A stretch of DNA of 63,837 bases, counting the filler, from Octopus bimaculoides (lineage: Eukaryota), in assembly GCF_001194135.2 (NCBI RefSeq). It is 5 parts of 5 records of this genome, joined end to end, with 100 filler letters (N's around TTAATTAATTAA, not from the genome) between each part and the next. Parts side by side here need not be neighbours in the genome. Positions count along the whole stretch, not along the records: positions 1 to 17,426 come from NC_068989.1; positions 17,527 to 40,923 come from NC_069005.1; 3 more parts are not named here. One strand, given 5' to 3'. The stretch's first letter is position 1. Every line of letters starts with the position of its first letter. The notes below the pieces were generated by a model. That model did not search any database. It had not been told where the DNA came from and saw only the letters and a list, made by a program, of their open reading frames with translations. Made by a program: the position numbers and the translations under genes. Positions 13,785 through 26,120 of this stretch are shown piece after piece.

Positions 13785-14750
13785 TGAGTAAGAGAACAGT
13801 GCATGCCATCAATTTGACACTGGTGTAAAGTATACGAAGCCCAGTACACCCATCATGACTACCCGTCTGATAAGGGTACACCAGGCACATGCATCACAAC
13901 CATATGTGCGCGACATGGTGATCTCATATCAAGGTAAATAGCACATGACCTCGCAGGTGGGGCCCAGTTAGAATTTTCGTCAGGTCGAGTTGTCCATCCC
14001 ACTCAAAAGGTCTCCTGAGTAAGAGTTGTTTAAGGATGTTGGACAAAAGTCCATGTTTACAGAGGTGAATTATTCAAACTTCAAAGAATTCCTCTCAACA
14101 TATGGCTATGGTGCTCCCCCACTACTTCTACTCATGATCAGAGATGCACATATCGTCATCCACTAAGAGACATGCTCAATTGGATATGGTCAAACAACTG
14201 ACAAAGAAATCTGTGGTATTGAGCAGATTATTTGCTGTAGCCCATCTTTTATACCAAGATTAAACAATGCACATGATAACACTTCAATCAGTGATGATCA
14301 GAAGCCATGAGAGCCACTGCCTGGTACTGCATCAGGGCATTTCTTCTTCTTCTTCTTCTTCTTACTACTACTACTACTACAGCGCATGGCTTTGCAGCTG
14401 AAGCCCAGTTAGAATTATCTTCAGGTCGAGTATCCCATCCCGCTCAACAGGTCCCTGGATGAGTGTTGTTTAAGGATGTTGAACAAAACACCTATATTTC
14501 CAGGGGTGAATTATTCAAACCCAAAGAATTTCTCTGAACACATATATTTCCAGAGGTGAATTATTCAAATCCAAAGAATTCCTCTCAACACATGGCTATG
14601 ATGCTTCCCCACTACTTCAGCTCGTGATCAGAGATGCACATAACATCAGCCACTAGGGGACATGTTCAACTGGTTAAGGCCAAGTAACTGACACGCAAAT
14701 CTGTCGTATTGAGCAGAATATTTGCTGTAGCCCATCTTTTATACCAAACA
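13785..14750 (-). mobile_element. Two tandem partial copies of a dispersed repeat, probably a degenerate RT-derived LINE
   Basis: ~13965-14265 is repeated at ~14400-14750; the minus strand reads L-V-(A/D)-D-(D/V)-M-C-I, resembling the RT YADD motif. Confidence 0.6.
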
Positions 14751-14754
14751 AAAC

Positions 14755-16240
14755 ATTTCCGGATCTTAATACTTGAATATTTTCTCTCTTTTGTAGTTAC
14801 ATGATCATCTAGTGAGATTTATATATCGGTTAGGGGACACATCTTTTCTTGGTGGTCTTTGACCAAAATATCTGGACGATTATACTAGATCCAACAATCT
14901 GTGTGTATTGGCGTGTCGTAGAATATAGTTTCTTTGCTACACTCGGCGACCTTTTCTGGTGTATACTCATAACACCTTTTTCTGTTGTTATTCCATTGTG
15001 CTGACATAAATTCCAGTGGATGTAAGTCCGAACTTTATCATACCAGTGGATTTATACTTTCGTGGTTAAGAATTAGCAGCTGGAAATAATGTAGTCCATT
15101 GCTTCTTTCTTATTTCCACATATTCTACAGTTACTACATTCTGCTTCATAATATACTTTCGGTGATTTCTGATGGAAATAGTTTGGATCTGTGCCGCAGT
15201 CATTAAACCTTTATTCTCTCCTGAGAATTAGGCGCTACTCAGTCAGTGATGCAATATATCTTCATCTATTCCATTCTGTTCAGCTTTTTCCGGTACTGTC
15301 TATGTTGGGGGTTTATTTGTTATCATCTTATCATGATGATAATCATTAATTCAGATTTTCAGCTGTTTCCCGTTATCTGTTATTGTTCCTCCATTTTCTT
15401 GATAACTTCCTGTTATTGCAGACTGTTTTGTGCTTGTTGATTTATTTAAGAAATAGTAAACGTTTTTCTTTTGTTTTCTTTGTTTCGTAGCTGTTTGTAT
15501 TAATTTTCTAGAATTCTGTGCTTATGGACATTTTGTAATTGTTTTCTAGTTGTCTAAAGTCCATGTAGCCTTGTAATTGTGATGAATATAGTGTTCCAAT
15601 GTCAGATATTGATTGGTGTATCATTATTTTCCTTCTTTTTCCGTCTAGACTTACTAGTTCGTTTAGCGTCCATTTGAGAATGTTATAACTTTAACTTATT
15701 ACTGAGACAAAGTATAGATACCTATTACCTAATCTTAACAATTCAATTCTATTTTATTTATTAATTTAAAGAGTCTATGTAATATTGTTTCATAACATTT
15801 TCTTTCATTTATTTATGAATATCTATGTAGTTCATCGATTCGTAACTATTTGTATGTCTGTGTTCGATCTTACTTTGATATTTCAGTTGGTTTATCTAGG
15901 TTAATGTTAACACATTCAATTAATTTTCCCCCTTATCAAGGTCGATTTGGCGTATTTTCTAAAGTCGAATCCCATGTGTTCTTTGATCCGTATTTCTAAT
16001 TATTTATCGTTAATATCCTATTATGGTTAATTGTCATACCAGGACATTTGTATCAACATTCTGTTGTTTTGCATGTCAGTCAAATGCGTCAACTACAAAC
16101 AGAAAAGAAGTGAAGCCAGGGAGTCTCTTGGAATATCTTCTTTTAATGGAGATGTTTACTTTTTACAATTCCCTGTTTTGTCTGTAACTACAAAACAACC
16201 ATCTAATCCCGACATGTTTCAGGCATTCCTTTAATTACTG
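14755..16240 (-). pseudogene. Degenerate Dong/R4-type LINE (RT to RLE)
   Basis: Remnants IFQ(G)DSL..LLFCL (~16100), GLMTAAQ, CGNKKEAMDYIISSC (Zn knuckle), VRTYIHWNLCQ and YNRPDILVKD, with stops and frameshifts. Confidence 0.75.
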
Positions 16241-16247
16241 GTGTTAC

Positions 16248-16352
16248 CTTTCGGGGTCGATAAATTAAGTACCAGTGAAACACTGGGTCGATGTAATCGA
16301 CTAGTTCCCTCCCCAAAATGTCAGGCCTTGCGCCTGTAATAGAAAGGATTAT
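16248..16352 (+). mobile_element. 5'-truncated SINE family A
   Basis: cctttcggggtcgataaattaagtaccag...ggccttgcgcctgtaatagaaaggattatt. Confidence 0.8.
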
Positions 16353-16540
16353 TATATGTATGGCACGGTGTATTGTTCTAGAGAATGTCTGGCAAAACTT
16401 AAGAAAATTAGAAGTTTGTTTTAAACGTGATTGGATTATAAGATGAGAGTATGATCTTAAGATGACAGTAAAAGGTGTTTGCTATTATGTACATTTGAAA
16501 GTACTTTTGAAAACGTTTACAGATTAAAATGTTTTGGGGA

Positions 16541-17028
16541 TTACATAGACAATATCTTTCGTAGGATATGAGCAGTTCCTATGAGCACTATTTTTTGAAT
16601 TTCTTCCATATTTAGATTTTCTTGTATCTGGGATAGGCAGCAATCAGTCCCTTTTGCTATCATTCCTTTGGCGCCTATGACAACAGGTGTTATTTCAGTC
16701 TTGAGATTCCACGTTTTGCTAATTTCTATTTCAAGATCTTTATATTTGTTCAGTTTTTGGTAGGTCTTGACAGATACATTCATGTCGATTGAGATAATCA
16801 TATTGATTAAGGGGCATGATTTTTGTCTGAAATCCTTCAATATAATGTCTGGCCTATTTGCACCCATCTTTCTGCCTGTTTGAACAGTAAAGTTCCAAAG
16901 GAGTGAAATGTGATCATTTTCAAACACTGGAGGTGGTTTGTGTTCCCATCAGTTTTTATCATGGGGCAGGTCCAGGTCTTTGCAAATTACCCTGTGAATA
17001 TACTGTGTTGCTCTATTATGCCTGTTGA
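16541..17028 (-). pseudogene. Dong/R4-type LINE 3' fragment with restriction-like endonuclease
   Basis: LLWNFTVQT...NRPDIILKD...K..KYKDLEIEISKTW...PVVIGAKG..IQKIVLIGTAHILRKIL (PD..D/K-type RLE). Confidence 0.85.
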
Positions 17029-17029
17029 G

Positions 17030-17426
17030 GTATTCTGTATTACATCGACCCCGGTACGTAACTGACACTTATTTAATCGACCTCGAAAGGATGAAAGGCA
17101 AAGTCGACCTCGGCGGAATTTGAACTCAGAACGTAAAGACAGACGAAATACCGTTAAGCATTTCGCCCGGCATGCTAACGTTTTTGCCAGCTCACCGCCT
17201 TAGTGCCAGCTATCCTTTATATTATAAGCACAAGGCCTGAAATTTGGGGGAGGGGGAGGGGGATAGACACTTGAATCAACCCCTGTACTCAACTGCTACT
17301 TAATTTATCGACCTCAAAAAGATGAAAGGTAAAGTCGACCTCGGCGGAATTTAACGTAGCTACAGGCAAAATACCGCTAAGCATTTTGTTCAGCATGCTA
17401 ACGATTCTGCCAGCTTGCCACGTTAA
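17030..17426 (-). mobile_element. Two SINE family A copies (reverse)
   Basis: Reverse complement of head and core (atcgacctcgaaaggatgaaaggcaaagtcgacc). Confidence 0.85.
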
Positions 17427-17526
17427 NNNNNNNNNNNNNNNNNNNNNNNNNNNNNNNNNNNNNNNNNNNNTTAATTAATTAANNNNNNNNNNNNNNNNNN
17501 NNNNNNNNNNNNNNNNNNNNNNNNNN
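17427..17526. other. Artificial scaffold-joining linker 44N-TTAATTAATTAA-44N
   Basis: Identical 100-nt construct recurs at 40924, 56183 and 62181; the 12-mer gives stops in all six frames. Confidence 0.95.
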
Positions 17527-18762
17527 GATTTATTAATCCATTAATTAATATGTTGACCACTCAGTAGCTGGCATTTGATTGAGAAACTTGTCCTGCTCAC
17601 AAAATATTTTGGAAGTTGAAATATTTCAGCTATGAATATCCTCATAAATGATTCTATAAATTTTGGTTATCTTTTAAAATTATTAATAATATAACAATAA
17701 TGTGCCTAAATTTATGATTGACATATCTTTATAAATTCACATAACTAAATATTCTTACATCTAAAAAAAAAAAAAACCCAAAAAAGCCCCACTATGATTA
17801 AAGGTTTCCATTCATTTTAAAGACAAATACTTCTAAATGAGAGATTTATATCCCAGAACTAGCAACAGTTTCCTCTGGGTTGCTATCAAAAAGGTCAAAT
17901 CACATGTAAGACACTTCAATGGAAAACTCATTACCATTCTCTATTTTCTTTTGATAAAGAGATTTTAACCCCAAAATATCAAAATATCAAAATATAAGGT
18001 TGAATGTAAAACTTATTCTATTTTCCTTCTGTTTCCACTCTTTTTTTTTCTCCTCAATTTGCATTGTACAAGCTTTGAAAACAAATTTTAACAACTTTAT
18101 CACACAATACTTCATTCAAACTATGCTACTGTAATAATTGAAGGGCATTTATAAGAAAAATTATGTAAGTTATGTAAAATAGTTTGACTGACTGAATCAA
18201 AAAGCTCTACTTCAGCTGAGATAAATAGTTTTATGTGCCTTATCTAACAATACAACACAATTCTTAGAGTAAAATTTGATTTCACAACCATATCGTCAGA
18301 AGTTTTCTATCTCTTATCACTTTCATTACTATATCTCTACTGAAATATATTGCTTTAATTTCAATGAATTTTGAAAATAACAAAAATAATGAAGAATTCG
18401 ATAAAATAATTTTGTCATTATTGTAAGTTAGTATTTGGAACATAGATTAACATGAAATTTTGATGGACAGTTTTTCTTTTTGAAATAAGTTCCTTTGTAA
18501 ATGGGAATTTAATATCATAGAAACCAGGGGCAGTCTTAGTTGGGTTTATATCAAAAGGGTTCATTTCAGAACTTCTTTTCCCATAACTTGAAAAATTTAG
18601 CTCATTTAATGCTAATTTGCCTAAAACTGTCTCTAATAAAGTGTCAAAATTTAATCTCAAATCTTGGACTGAGATTTCATTTCTATCAATTTATTACATG
18701 AACGGTAACATGAGATTTCAATATGTAAATGTCTTATCTTTTATTAGGGTAGTTATTTCATT

Positions 18763-18970
18763 AAGGCAGTGAATTGGTAAAATTATTAGAGCATTGGAAG
18801 GAAGACTTTGCAGTATTTCTTCCAACTCTTTACATTCTGAGTTCAAATCCCACTAAGAGTGACTTTGTCTTTCATCCCTTGGGGGTTAATGAAATAAGTA
18901 CCAGTCAAGTTCTAGGGGTCAATGTAATTGACTTAATCCCCTCTTCTTGAAATTGCTGGCCTTGTGCCTA
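18763..18970 (+). mobile_element. Diverged SINE family A
   Basis: ggcagtgaattgg head; ttctgagttcaaatcc; ctttcatccctt core. Confidence 0.75.
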
Positions 18971-19084
18971 CAGTATTGGCTTACCCCTTTCCCTCACAAA
19001 TGCTGGTTTTGTGCCTAAATTAGGAATTAAAGAAATTTATTTTGCTAAACCTCTAATGATTCCTGATTATTTTGGAAATCTCAT

Positions 19085-19330
19085 CTCATCTCATTTCATC
19101 ATTCTTTGCCCACTTATTCCTAGGTGGGGTGGGTCATGGGGGCAGAGTCCTCATCTAGTCCTGCCAAAAGCAGCAATCTCCAATGGATTCAGCTGCATTC
19201 CTAAGTGAGACTGGCTGAGTTCATCATAGATATTATCCAACCATCTTGCTCATAATCTTCCTCTGGGTCTCCTGCTGGTTGGTCTTACCCATAAAACCTG
19301 TCCAGCAATTCTTACCACGTATCCATAGTA
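19085..19330 (-). pseudogene. RTE-clade LINE 3' fragment
   Basis: Minus strand RIAGQVLWVRPTSRRPRGR..RWLDNI; second copy at 22365-22610. Confidence 0.65.
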
Positions 19331-19914
19331 TCGAAGCTGTGATATCTCTATCTGGAAGTTGAAGCAAAAAGCCACAAAATGTATTCTTGCTTGGAATATG
19401 GTCCCAGAAGGATCAATATTACACAACCTATTCCTTATTTCTAAAGCATTTAAAAAGATAAAAGCCCGAAAACAAATTAGTCAATGAGGAAGGCTCTGCA
19501 TGGTCACCTGACATAACAGATATAACAATTAAGCCTACATCAAATGTTCAGCATTTTCTGACTCGTAGAGGGTCAGCTATTGAAGATAGTGTAGGCCTGT
19601 ATAGTCCTTAAGAGACAGGATGGTCATGGTTTGAAAGCCATTGAGCTTAATCAAGGTTAAACTGTGAATAATGAACAGCAATAACAAAAGACTCGAATGG
19701 TCATGGCTGGAATGCTCTTGAACATATATCTGCCCTGGGGCTAAACAATATTTCTAAAAAAAAAAAACTCTACCCTATGAAGTCAGATGATTTCCTACAT
19801 CATTCCCTCTCCCATAAATGGCTGTCACTCTATTTTTTTATATCAGAAATAAAGTTTTGTTTAAAAAAAATTGTTTTTGTTATTTTTCCTATTGCATGTG
19901 GCAAAACCATAAAC

Positions 19915-20260
19915 AAGTATGGCTGTGTGGTTAAGCAGTTTGCTTTACAACTACATGGTCTTGGGTTCCTTTTGACTGCAAGGCACTTTGGACAGGAATC
20001 TTCTATAATAACCTTGGGCTAAATGGTGCCTTATGAATGGAATTATTAGATGGAAACTGTAAGGAAGCTTGTAGGCATGGCTGTATGGTGTAGAAGCTCA
20101 CTTTGCAACCACATGATTTTGGGTTCAGTCTCATGGCAAAGCACCTTGTACAAGTGTCTTCTACATAAGCCTCATGCTGATCAGTGTCTTGTGTGTGAAT
20201 TTGGTAGATGGGTTAATGGAAATTGTGTGGAAACCCATTGTGTATTATGTATGATTGTAT
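19915..20260 (+). mobile_element. Diverged SINE family B-like copies
   Basis: ggctgtgtggttaag heads; gcaccttg..caagtgtcttct; gaatttggtagatgg. Confidence 0.65.
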
Positions 20261-20379
20261 TTGTCCCTACCAAAGGGACAAAGCTTGATAACTGGTACTG
20301 GTTACACACACATAGATTCCTTCATTGGACACTAAACTCTGCTTGCGAAGATTTTTTGAGGCAAGTGAAATTGAAATCG

Positions 20380-20671
20380 AACTAAATTCGACGACTGGCA
20401 CCCATGCCAATGTCGTCTCCTTCATTGGACACAAAACTCAGCTTGCGAAGACTTATTGGGGCAAGCGAAATCGGGATGGCACCTGTGCCCAGCGTCGCCT
20501 TTTCGAGTGAGATCGTTGCCAGTGCCCCTGGACTGTCTCTTGTGCGGGTGGCACATAAAATACACCATTTTGAGCATGGCCGTTGCCAGTACCGCCTGAC
20601 TGGCCTTCGTGTGGGTGACACGTAAAAGCAACCACTACACTCTCTGAGTGGTTGGCGTTAGGAAGGGCATC
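20380..20671 (+). mobile_element. Dispersed repeat family C (RTE-type 3' tail)
   Basis: gagatcgttgccagtg...gtggttggcgttaggaagggcatc; second copy at 22725-23035 ends in (GAT)n. Confidence 0.75.
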
Positions 20672-21176
20672 NNNNNNNNNNNNNNNNNNNNNNNNNNNNN
20701 NNNNNNNNNNNNNNNNNNNNNNNNNNNNNNNNNNNNNNNNNNNNNNNNNNNNNNNNNNNNNNNNNNNNNNNNNNNNNNNNNNNNNNNNNNNNNNNNNNNN
20801 NNNNNNNNNNNNNNNNNNNNNNNNNNNNNNNNNNNNNNNNNNNNNNNNNNNNNNNNNNNNNNNNNNNNNNNNNNNNNNNNNNNNNNNNNNNNNNNNNNNN
20901 NTATACATGTATACAAAATTAATATAAACAGCAGGTTGCAATGTTTCACCAACAAAGAGAATTATAATTGTCACTAAATTTGACTTGGGTGTCAAAAAAC
21001 ACCTACATGGCAAGAAATAGAGCTAAAATGCTCTAATGCCGTAGTTAACAGACATGTGCATTAGCTACAGCATTAGAGGATTTTAGCTCCTATTTCTAGC
21101 AATGTAAGTGTTTTTTTTAAACCCTAGTCACATTTAGTGACAATTATATGTGTGTGTGTGTGTGTATAGATATATC

Positions 21177-21207
<31 letters not shown>

Positions 21208-21209
21208 AT

Positions 21210-21245
<36 letters not shown>

Positions 21246-21249
<4 letters not shown>

Positions 21250-21840
21250 AGAAAATGGATGTAATAACAAGAGGAGACTCGTCGTTTTCGCTGGTATGCC
21301 TTTAATTTAATTAGAAAACAAAGAAGAAGGAAGCAAAGATGAAGGTAGCATTTACGATCGTTTCAATTTACTAGTTTTAGTAAATCTCTTCAGAATGTGA
21401 AAATGGATAGGTACATCGGTTAGGATGTGAAAATAATTGATAATTATGTAATGGTAATAGAAGGAAAGATAGTAAGTCTTACATTGCGCTTAGTCAAACT
21501 CAGAAACCCACACCAAAATAATATTCACCCTGTTCTAATTGCCCAACGAAACCAACAAGTTTATTGCGATGAAACTTCTCCCCAGCAAAGTTACCAGCAC
21601 AAGAACAAAATTTAATGCAAGACTTACTATCTTTCCTTCTATTACCATCACATATGTATCAATTATTTTCGCATCCTAACTGATGTACCTATCTATTTTC
21701 GCATTCTAAAACTAGTAAACTGAAACGATCGTAAATGCTACCTTCATCTTTGCTTCCTTCTTCTTTGTTTTCTAATTAAATTAAAGGCATACCAGCGAAA
21801 ACGCCGAGTCTCCTCTTGTTATTACATCCATTTTCTTTTC
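21246..21840. repeat. Long inverted repeat (~235-bp arms, ~140-bp spacer), Penelope pLTR-like, flanked by (TA)n
   Basis: 21246-21478 is the reverse complement of ~21620-21840 (gaaaatggatgtaataacaagaggagactcg / cgagtctcctcttgttattacatccattttc). Confidence 0.92.
21349..21397 (-). ncRNA. Minimal type-I hammerhead ribozyme motif
   Basis: Minus strand: catt CTGAAGA gatttacta-aaac-tagtaaatt GAAAC gatc GTA aatg. Stems I, II and palindromic stem III all pair. Confidence 0.75.
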
Positions 21841-21972
21841 CTATATAACCTAAACTACGATTTACCAACCGAACCACCTGCTACCGTACAGCCTTACAAA
21901 AGACTGTACCTACCCAGGTACTTTGGATTTAATTATTCCTTAGAGGTATTATACTCCTCTAACTGATACCTA

Positions 21973-22022
<50 letters not shown>

Positions 22023-22364
22023 TATATATATAAAAGCAAATTAGCTGGTTAGAAAATTTCTGTCAGAGATGAAAGCAGTAACTATACTGAGAAGTAATGT
22101 TTATCGCTACTTCAACATAGTTGTTCCATAGGAACCATTATTACTGTCATTTTAAGTCCAGGAGGATACCTCCAGCTGGTTATTCAATGCAATCTGCACC
22201 TGATATATATTGCAAGTAGAGGAGCAAACTCATACCATCTTCCAGCGGCCTGAACCATGTTTGGGAAGCGAGCTTCTTACCACACAGCCATGCCTATGCC
22301 TAAATTAGGAATTAAATTTATTTTACTAAGCCTCTCATAATTCCTAATTATTTTGGAAATCTCA

Positions 22365-22610
22365 TCTCATTTCATTTCATCATTCTTCACTCACTTATTC
22401 CTGGGTGGAGTGGGCCATGGGGACAGAATCCTTAAGCATACTTTCCATCAAGTCCTGTTCAAACCAGCCATCTCCAATGGATCCAGCTGTATTTCCAAAG
22501 AAGACCAACCAAGCTTATGAACGTTATCCAACCTGCTTGCTCATAGTCTGCCTCTGGGCCTCCAGCCAGTTGGTTTTGTCCATAAAACCTGACCAGCAAT
22601 TATTTCCCCA
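22365..22610 (-). pseudogene. RTE-clade LINE 3' fragment (paralog of 19085-19330)
   Basis: Similar sequence including the upstream flank. Confidence 0.6.
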
Positions 22611-22724
22611 TTTTTATTATCTTAACAAGAAGGACTATCAACAGCAATGCATTATCCAAACAAATGAACAAGACATCAACATGTCAAAAAATTATCAGAG
22701 TGCTGACAACCATTAAAGTTATGG

Positions 22725-23035
22725 AATCTTGTGCCCAGCGTCGCCTTCCTGGCACGTGTAAAGACATTCGAGCGAGATCGTTGCCAGTGCCGCTGGACTG
22801 GCTCCTGTGCAGGTGGCACGTAAAATACACCATTTTGACCGCGGCCGTTGCCAGTACCGCTTGATTGGCCTTCGTGCCGGTGGCACGTAAAAGCACCCAC
22901 TACACTCTCGGAGTGGTTGGCGTTAGGAAGGGCATCCAGCTGTAGAAACTCTGCCATGTGGTTCACCAGTCCTCAGTCAAATTGTCCAACCCATGCTAGC
23001 ATAGAAAGCGGACGTTAAACGATGATGATGATGTT
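22725..23035 (+). mobile_element. Dispersed repeat family C with (GAT)n tail
   Basis: Homologous to 20380-20671. Confidence 0.75.
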
Positions 23036-23184
23036 TCAGTTATTAGACTGTGGCTATGCTGGGGCACCGCTTTGACCATAAGACTTATTCTATGGGTCTC
23101 TTTTGCTGAACTGCTAAGTTATAGTGGGGATGTAAACACACCAGCCCTGGTTGTCAAGTGATGGTGGAGGACAAACGCAGACAT

Positions 23185-23224
<40 letters not shown>

Positions 23225-23422
23225 GTACCAGTCTAAAACTGGTTCTCTGTGCGACTAATATCCCCGTGCGTATTTTATGTCACAAACGGTATAAACGAGA
23301 GTGCATTTTGCACCAAAAGACCAATATAAGAGTTTCTGTCATGGTGTCTACCATAGTATAAATTGTTATAACGTTTAAACAGGGATAAATATTAATACTG
23401 CCACTATGCTTATTAAAAAAAT

Positions 23423-23515
23423 ATACAGTACTGTTTCTACTTCGCGGATTTTCACATATCACGGGGGTGGGGGCGGTGGAATGTAACACCCGCGATAGTC
23501 GAGGGAATTCTGTTA
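23423..23515. mobile_element. Small Tigger/pogo-like MITE remnant
   Basis: TA-cagtac...ttcgcggattttcac...ccgcgatagtcgaggga resembles Tigger/pogo MITE ends (from recall, not aligned). Confidence 0.45.
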
Positions 23516-23719
23516 CATAAAATATATTCATTAAATTTTAGACTTTCGTTTTCCTTTTTTTCTCTATCACATCCTTGTCATGGACATTTTACTTTCACAA
23601 TTTTGCAGCCTAAAATAGGACACAGCAGTACACACACAGAGACAAACACTATGCGCGCGCGCGCGTGTCAGAGAGGGAGAGAGAGAAGAGGCGAGTGGCT
23701 AATAGTTTTTTCCAGTCAT

Positions 23720-23890
23720 AAGCACGTGGCTATGTCTTTGGCTTGGCGCCAATTCTTGGTTCAAAGCGAACACGTGCTCTCACGAAATCTCAAGATTTTG
23801 TCTTTATCTCCTCCAATTACTTTTGAACCGATTCCATCTGTCTTTGCTGTTGCCGTCAAACACAGTTGCAATAGATCAGAGCCAATGAGA
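23720..23890. promoter_or_regulatory. Candidate cis-regulatory cluster (two E-boxes, NFI site, CCAAT)
   Basis: CACGTG at 23723 and 23771; TTGGC-N5-GCCAA at 23738-23752; CCAAT at 23882; apparently non-repetitive, CpG-retaining sequence. Confidence 0.3.
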
Positions 23891-24877
23891 TGGCCTCGAC
23901 ATTGTCACTCAGCCTATTAGAAATAGGAACCAAATCGTCCTTAAATCATATTCATATCCTTCTTATAGAGAACAGAATTTCAAAACCAGAATCCAAAGAA
24001 ACCAGTTGTTGTTGTGATGGTGGTGGTGTGTCGGCAAAAGTTCTGGATAAATTAGAATTCTCTTCTCTCTCTATACCCACAGCGTACAGGTCTTATGTAA
24101 ATTTACGACCCCTCCCCCCATTTAAAGCTGATACACACACATAAACACAAAAGGAAGGGCACATTGCATAATGCAGTCGCTGATACACTATGCCTAAAAA
24201 AGAGAAGGAGAGAGAAAAAAACAAGTAAAACTGGGATGATCAAAGCTGGAAAGTCTTTGATCGTAAAGTCCGCTCGACAGGATTGACATGATGGCGGGAG
24301 GCAGGGGTCTATACAAGAACATATACCCTCTAAATTTATGAGTACCCAACCTTTTTCAGAATCTCATCGCCCTCAGAAGTCTTTTCTTTTTTAAATACCG
24401 TGTCGCAGCTGTTTGATAGAATAAAGGAGGGAGGGGAGATGTCAAAGGAAATGTTAAAAACATACATTATGTAGCATCAGACGACAGAGGGATCCTCCAT
24501 ATAGTTGGATGAAATGCTAAAAAGAACAGCTAAATCTCTTCCCCCCCCCCCACTCGACTATTTTAAACATAACTGCATTGAATAATGAATTAAATATAGC
24601 CGAGGGTATAAGGCGTGCTTAAAGCAGAATTCTGCCAATATTTCTTGATTAGAAAAAACAAAATAAAAAATATACACGGAATGGTCACGGTTAGGAATTT
24701 TATCTCTTACTTGTTTCACTGCGACAATGCTGGGACACAGCCTCGACAGTTTATTTGAATCACTTGGGCCCTGTACTAATTTTTAAGTCTGCTACATGTT
24801 GTATCGGTCTCTTAGGCCGTACCGCTAATTCACAGGGACGTAAACAAACCAGCACCTGGTTTTGGAGGACAAATCGC

Positions 24878-24927
<50 letters not shown>

Positions 24928-25348
24928 GCGCGTACACACGCACACACATACACACGCACACACATACACTTACACACACACACACGCACACGCGCGCGTA
25001 CACACGCACACACATACACTTACACACACACACACAATGAAAACCACAATCTTACGAACATGAATCCAACACATTAACTCACGCACCTCATGCCACACAC
25101 ATAAAATGACTATTTAACCTTTTCATATGTATTATACTAAACTCGTAAAGCGGGCTCTCGTAAAGTGAGGTATTACTCTCTCTCTCTCTGTGTATACACA
25201 CACACGTTAAGACTTTGCTTAGGCTTTACAATACTATTAATTGGTGTTAGAATTCAATAGAAATATGCTTCAGCATAAAGTCTTAGTTGAGTACAGAGCA
25301 TAATATGAAATTAAATAAATGACAAGGGAATAGGAAGTAGTCATCCAC

Positions 25349-25487
25349 TTCATTAGCTTACAGATGTTTCTGCTATCCGATGAAGTGCACTCTTTTCAAA
25401 AGCTCCGAGGAAGCTATAAGGTGAAGCACAAGCACTCAGCTCTGAGCGCACTGCATCTTATAGCAGAAACAACAGTAAGCTAATGAA
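25349..25487. repeat. Foldback hairpin upstream of a Penelope remnant
   Basis: ttcattagcttac..tgtttctgctat / atagcagaaaca..gtaagctaatgaa, with further inner pairing. Confidence 0.85.
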
Positions 25488-25816
25488 GATGATTCTGTAA
25501 TTCCTGCTCACTTGTTATTTATTTAGTTTCATATCAAGTTTCCTCTGTCTCTCTCTCTCCACACACACACACATACACATACGCGTGTATATATATATAT
25601 ATACAATCACGCTCCATACTACAATCAAGCACTAGCGGCTAGTGGTTTCTCCCAACAAATAAAATACATCCATAACACCAGACTTAAACAATTTATATCA
25701 CAAATCGCACCCCCAAAGACATAACATCAATCAAAACCACAACCAACCACCCACATATTCAAACCACCCACATATTCAAACAGACCCCACAATCACACCT
25801 ATAACACTAGGGCTAA

Positions 25817-26120
25817 ATGTTTAAATCAGCTATCCCTACCAAAAGTATGGACAACTGCCCTCCACCTAAACACCTTAATTACAACATGCACAGAACCCCC
25901 CAAAAAAGCGAGGGCCGCTCCATCCTGTGGTACACACCCCCATTCTCTCTTAACACTAGGAATCTAGCCAAATCTTTCTTTAAAATACTAGATTCTAACT
26001 TCCCACGACAACACAAATACCACTCTATATTCAACAGATCCACTTTAAAATTGTCGTATTCTACCACTCCTAACTTTGAATCTATTATAGCAGCTTCAAA
26101 CAAACATAAACTCTCGCTCT
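25817..26120 (+). pseudogene. Penelope-like element ORF fragment, truncated by a SINE
   Basis: ILWYTPPFSLNTRNLAKSFFKILDSNFPRQHKYHSIFNRSTLKLSYSTTPNFESII matches the PLE RT-to-GIY-YIG linker motif (WFNPPYS...HFP...IFN...SYS..N). Confidence 0.8.

Noticed and set aside
17471-17482. Recurrent TTAATTAATTAA palindrome as a biological motif
   Set aside because: It is always centred in exactly 44+44 Ns, so it is a synthetic linker.
18418-18691. ~90-codon minus-strand ORF with a GKR motif (neuropeptide-like cleavage site)
   Set aside because: No signal peptide, weak acceptor, no repeated peptide motif; could be chance.
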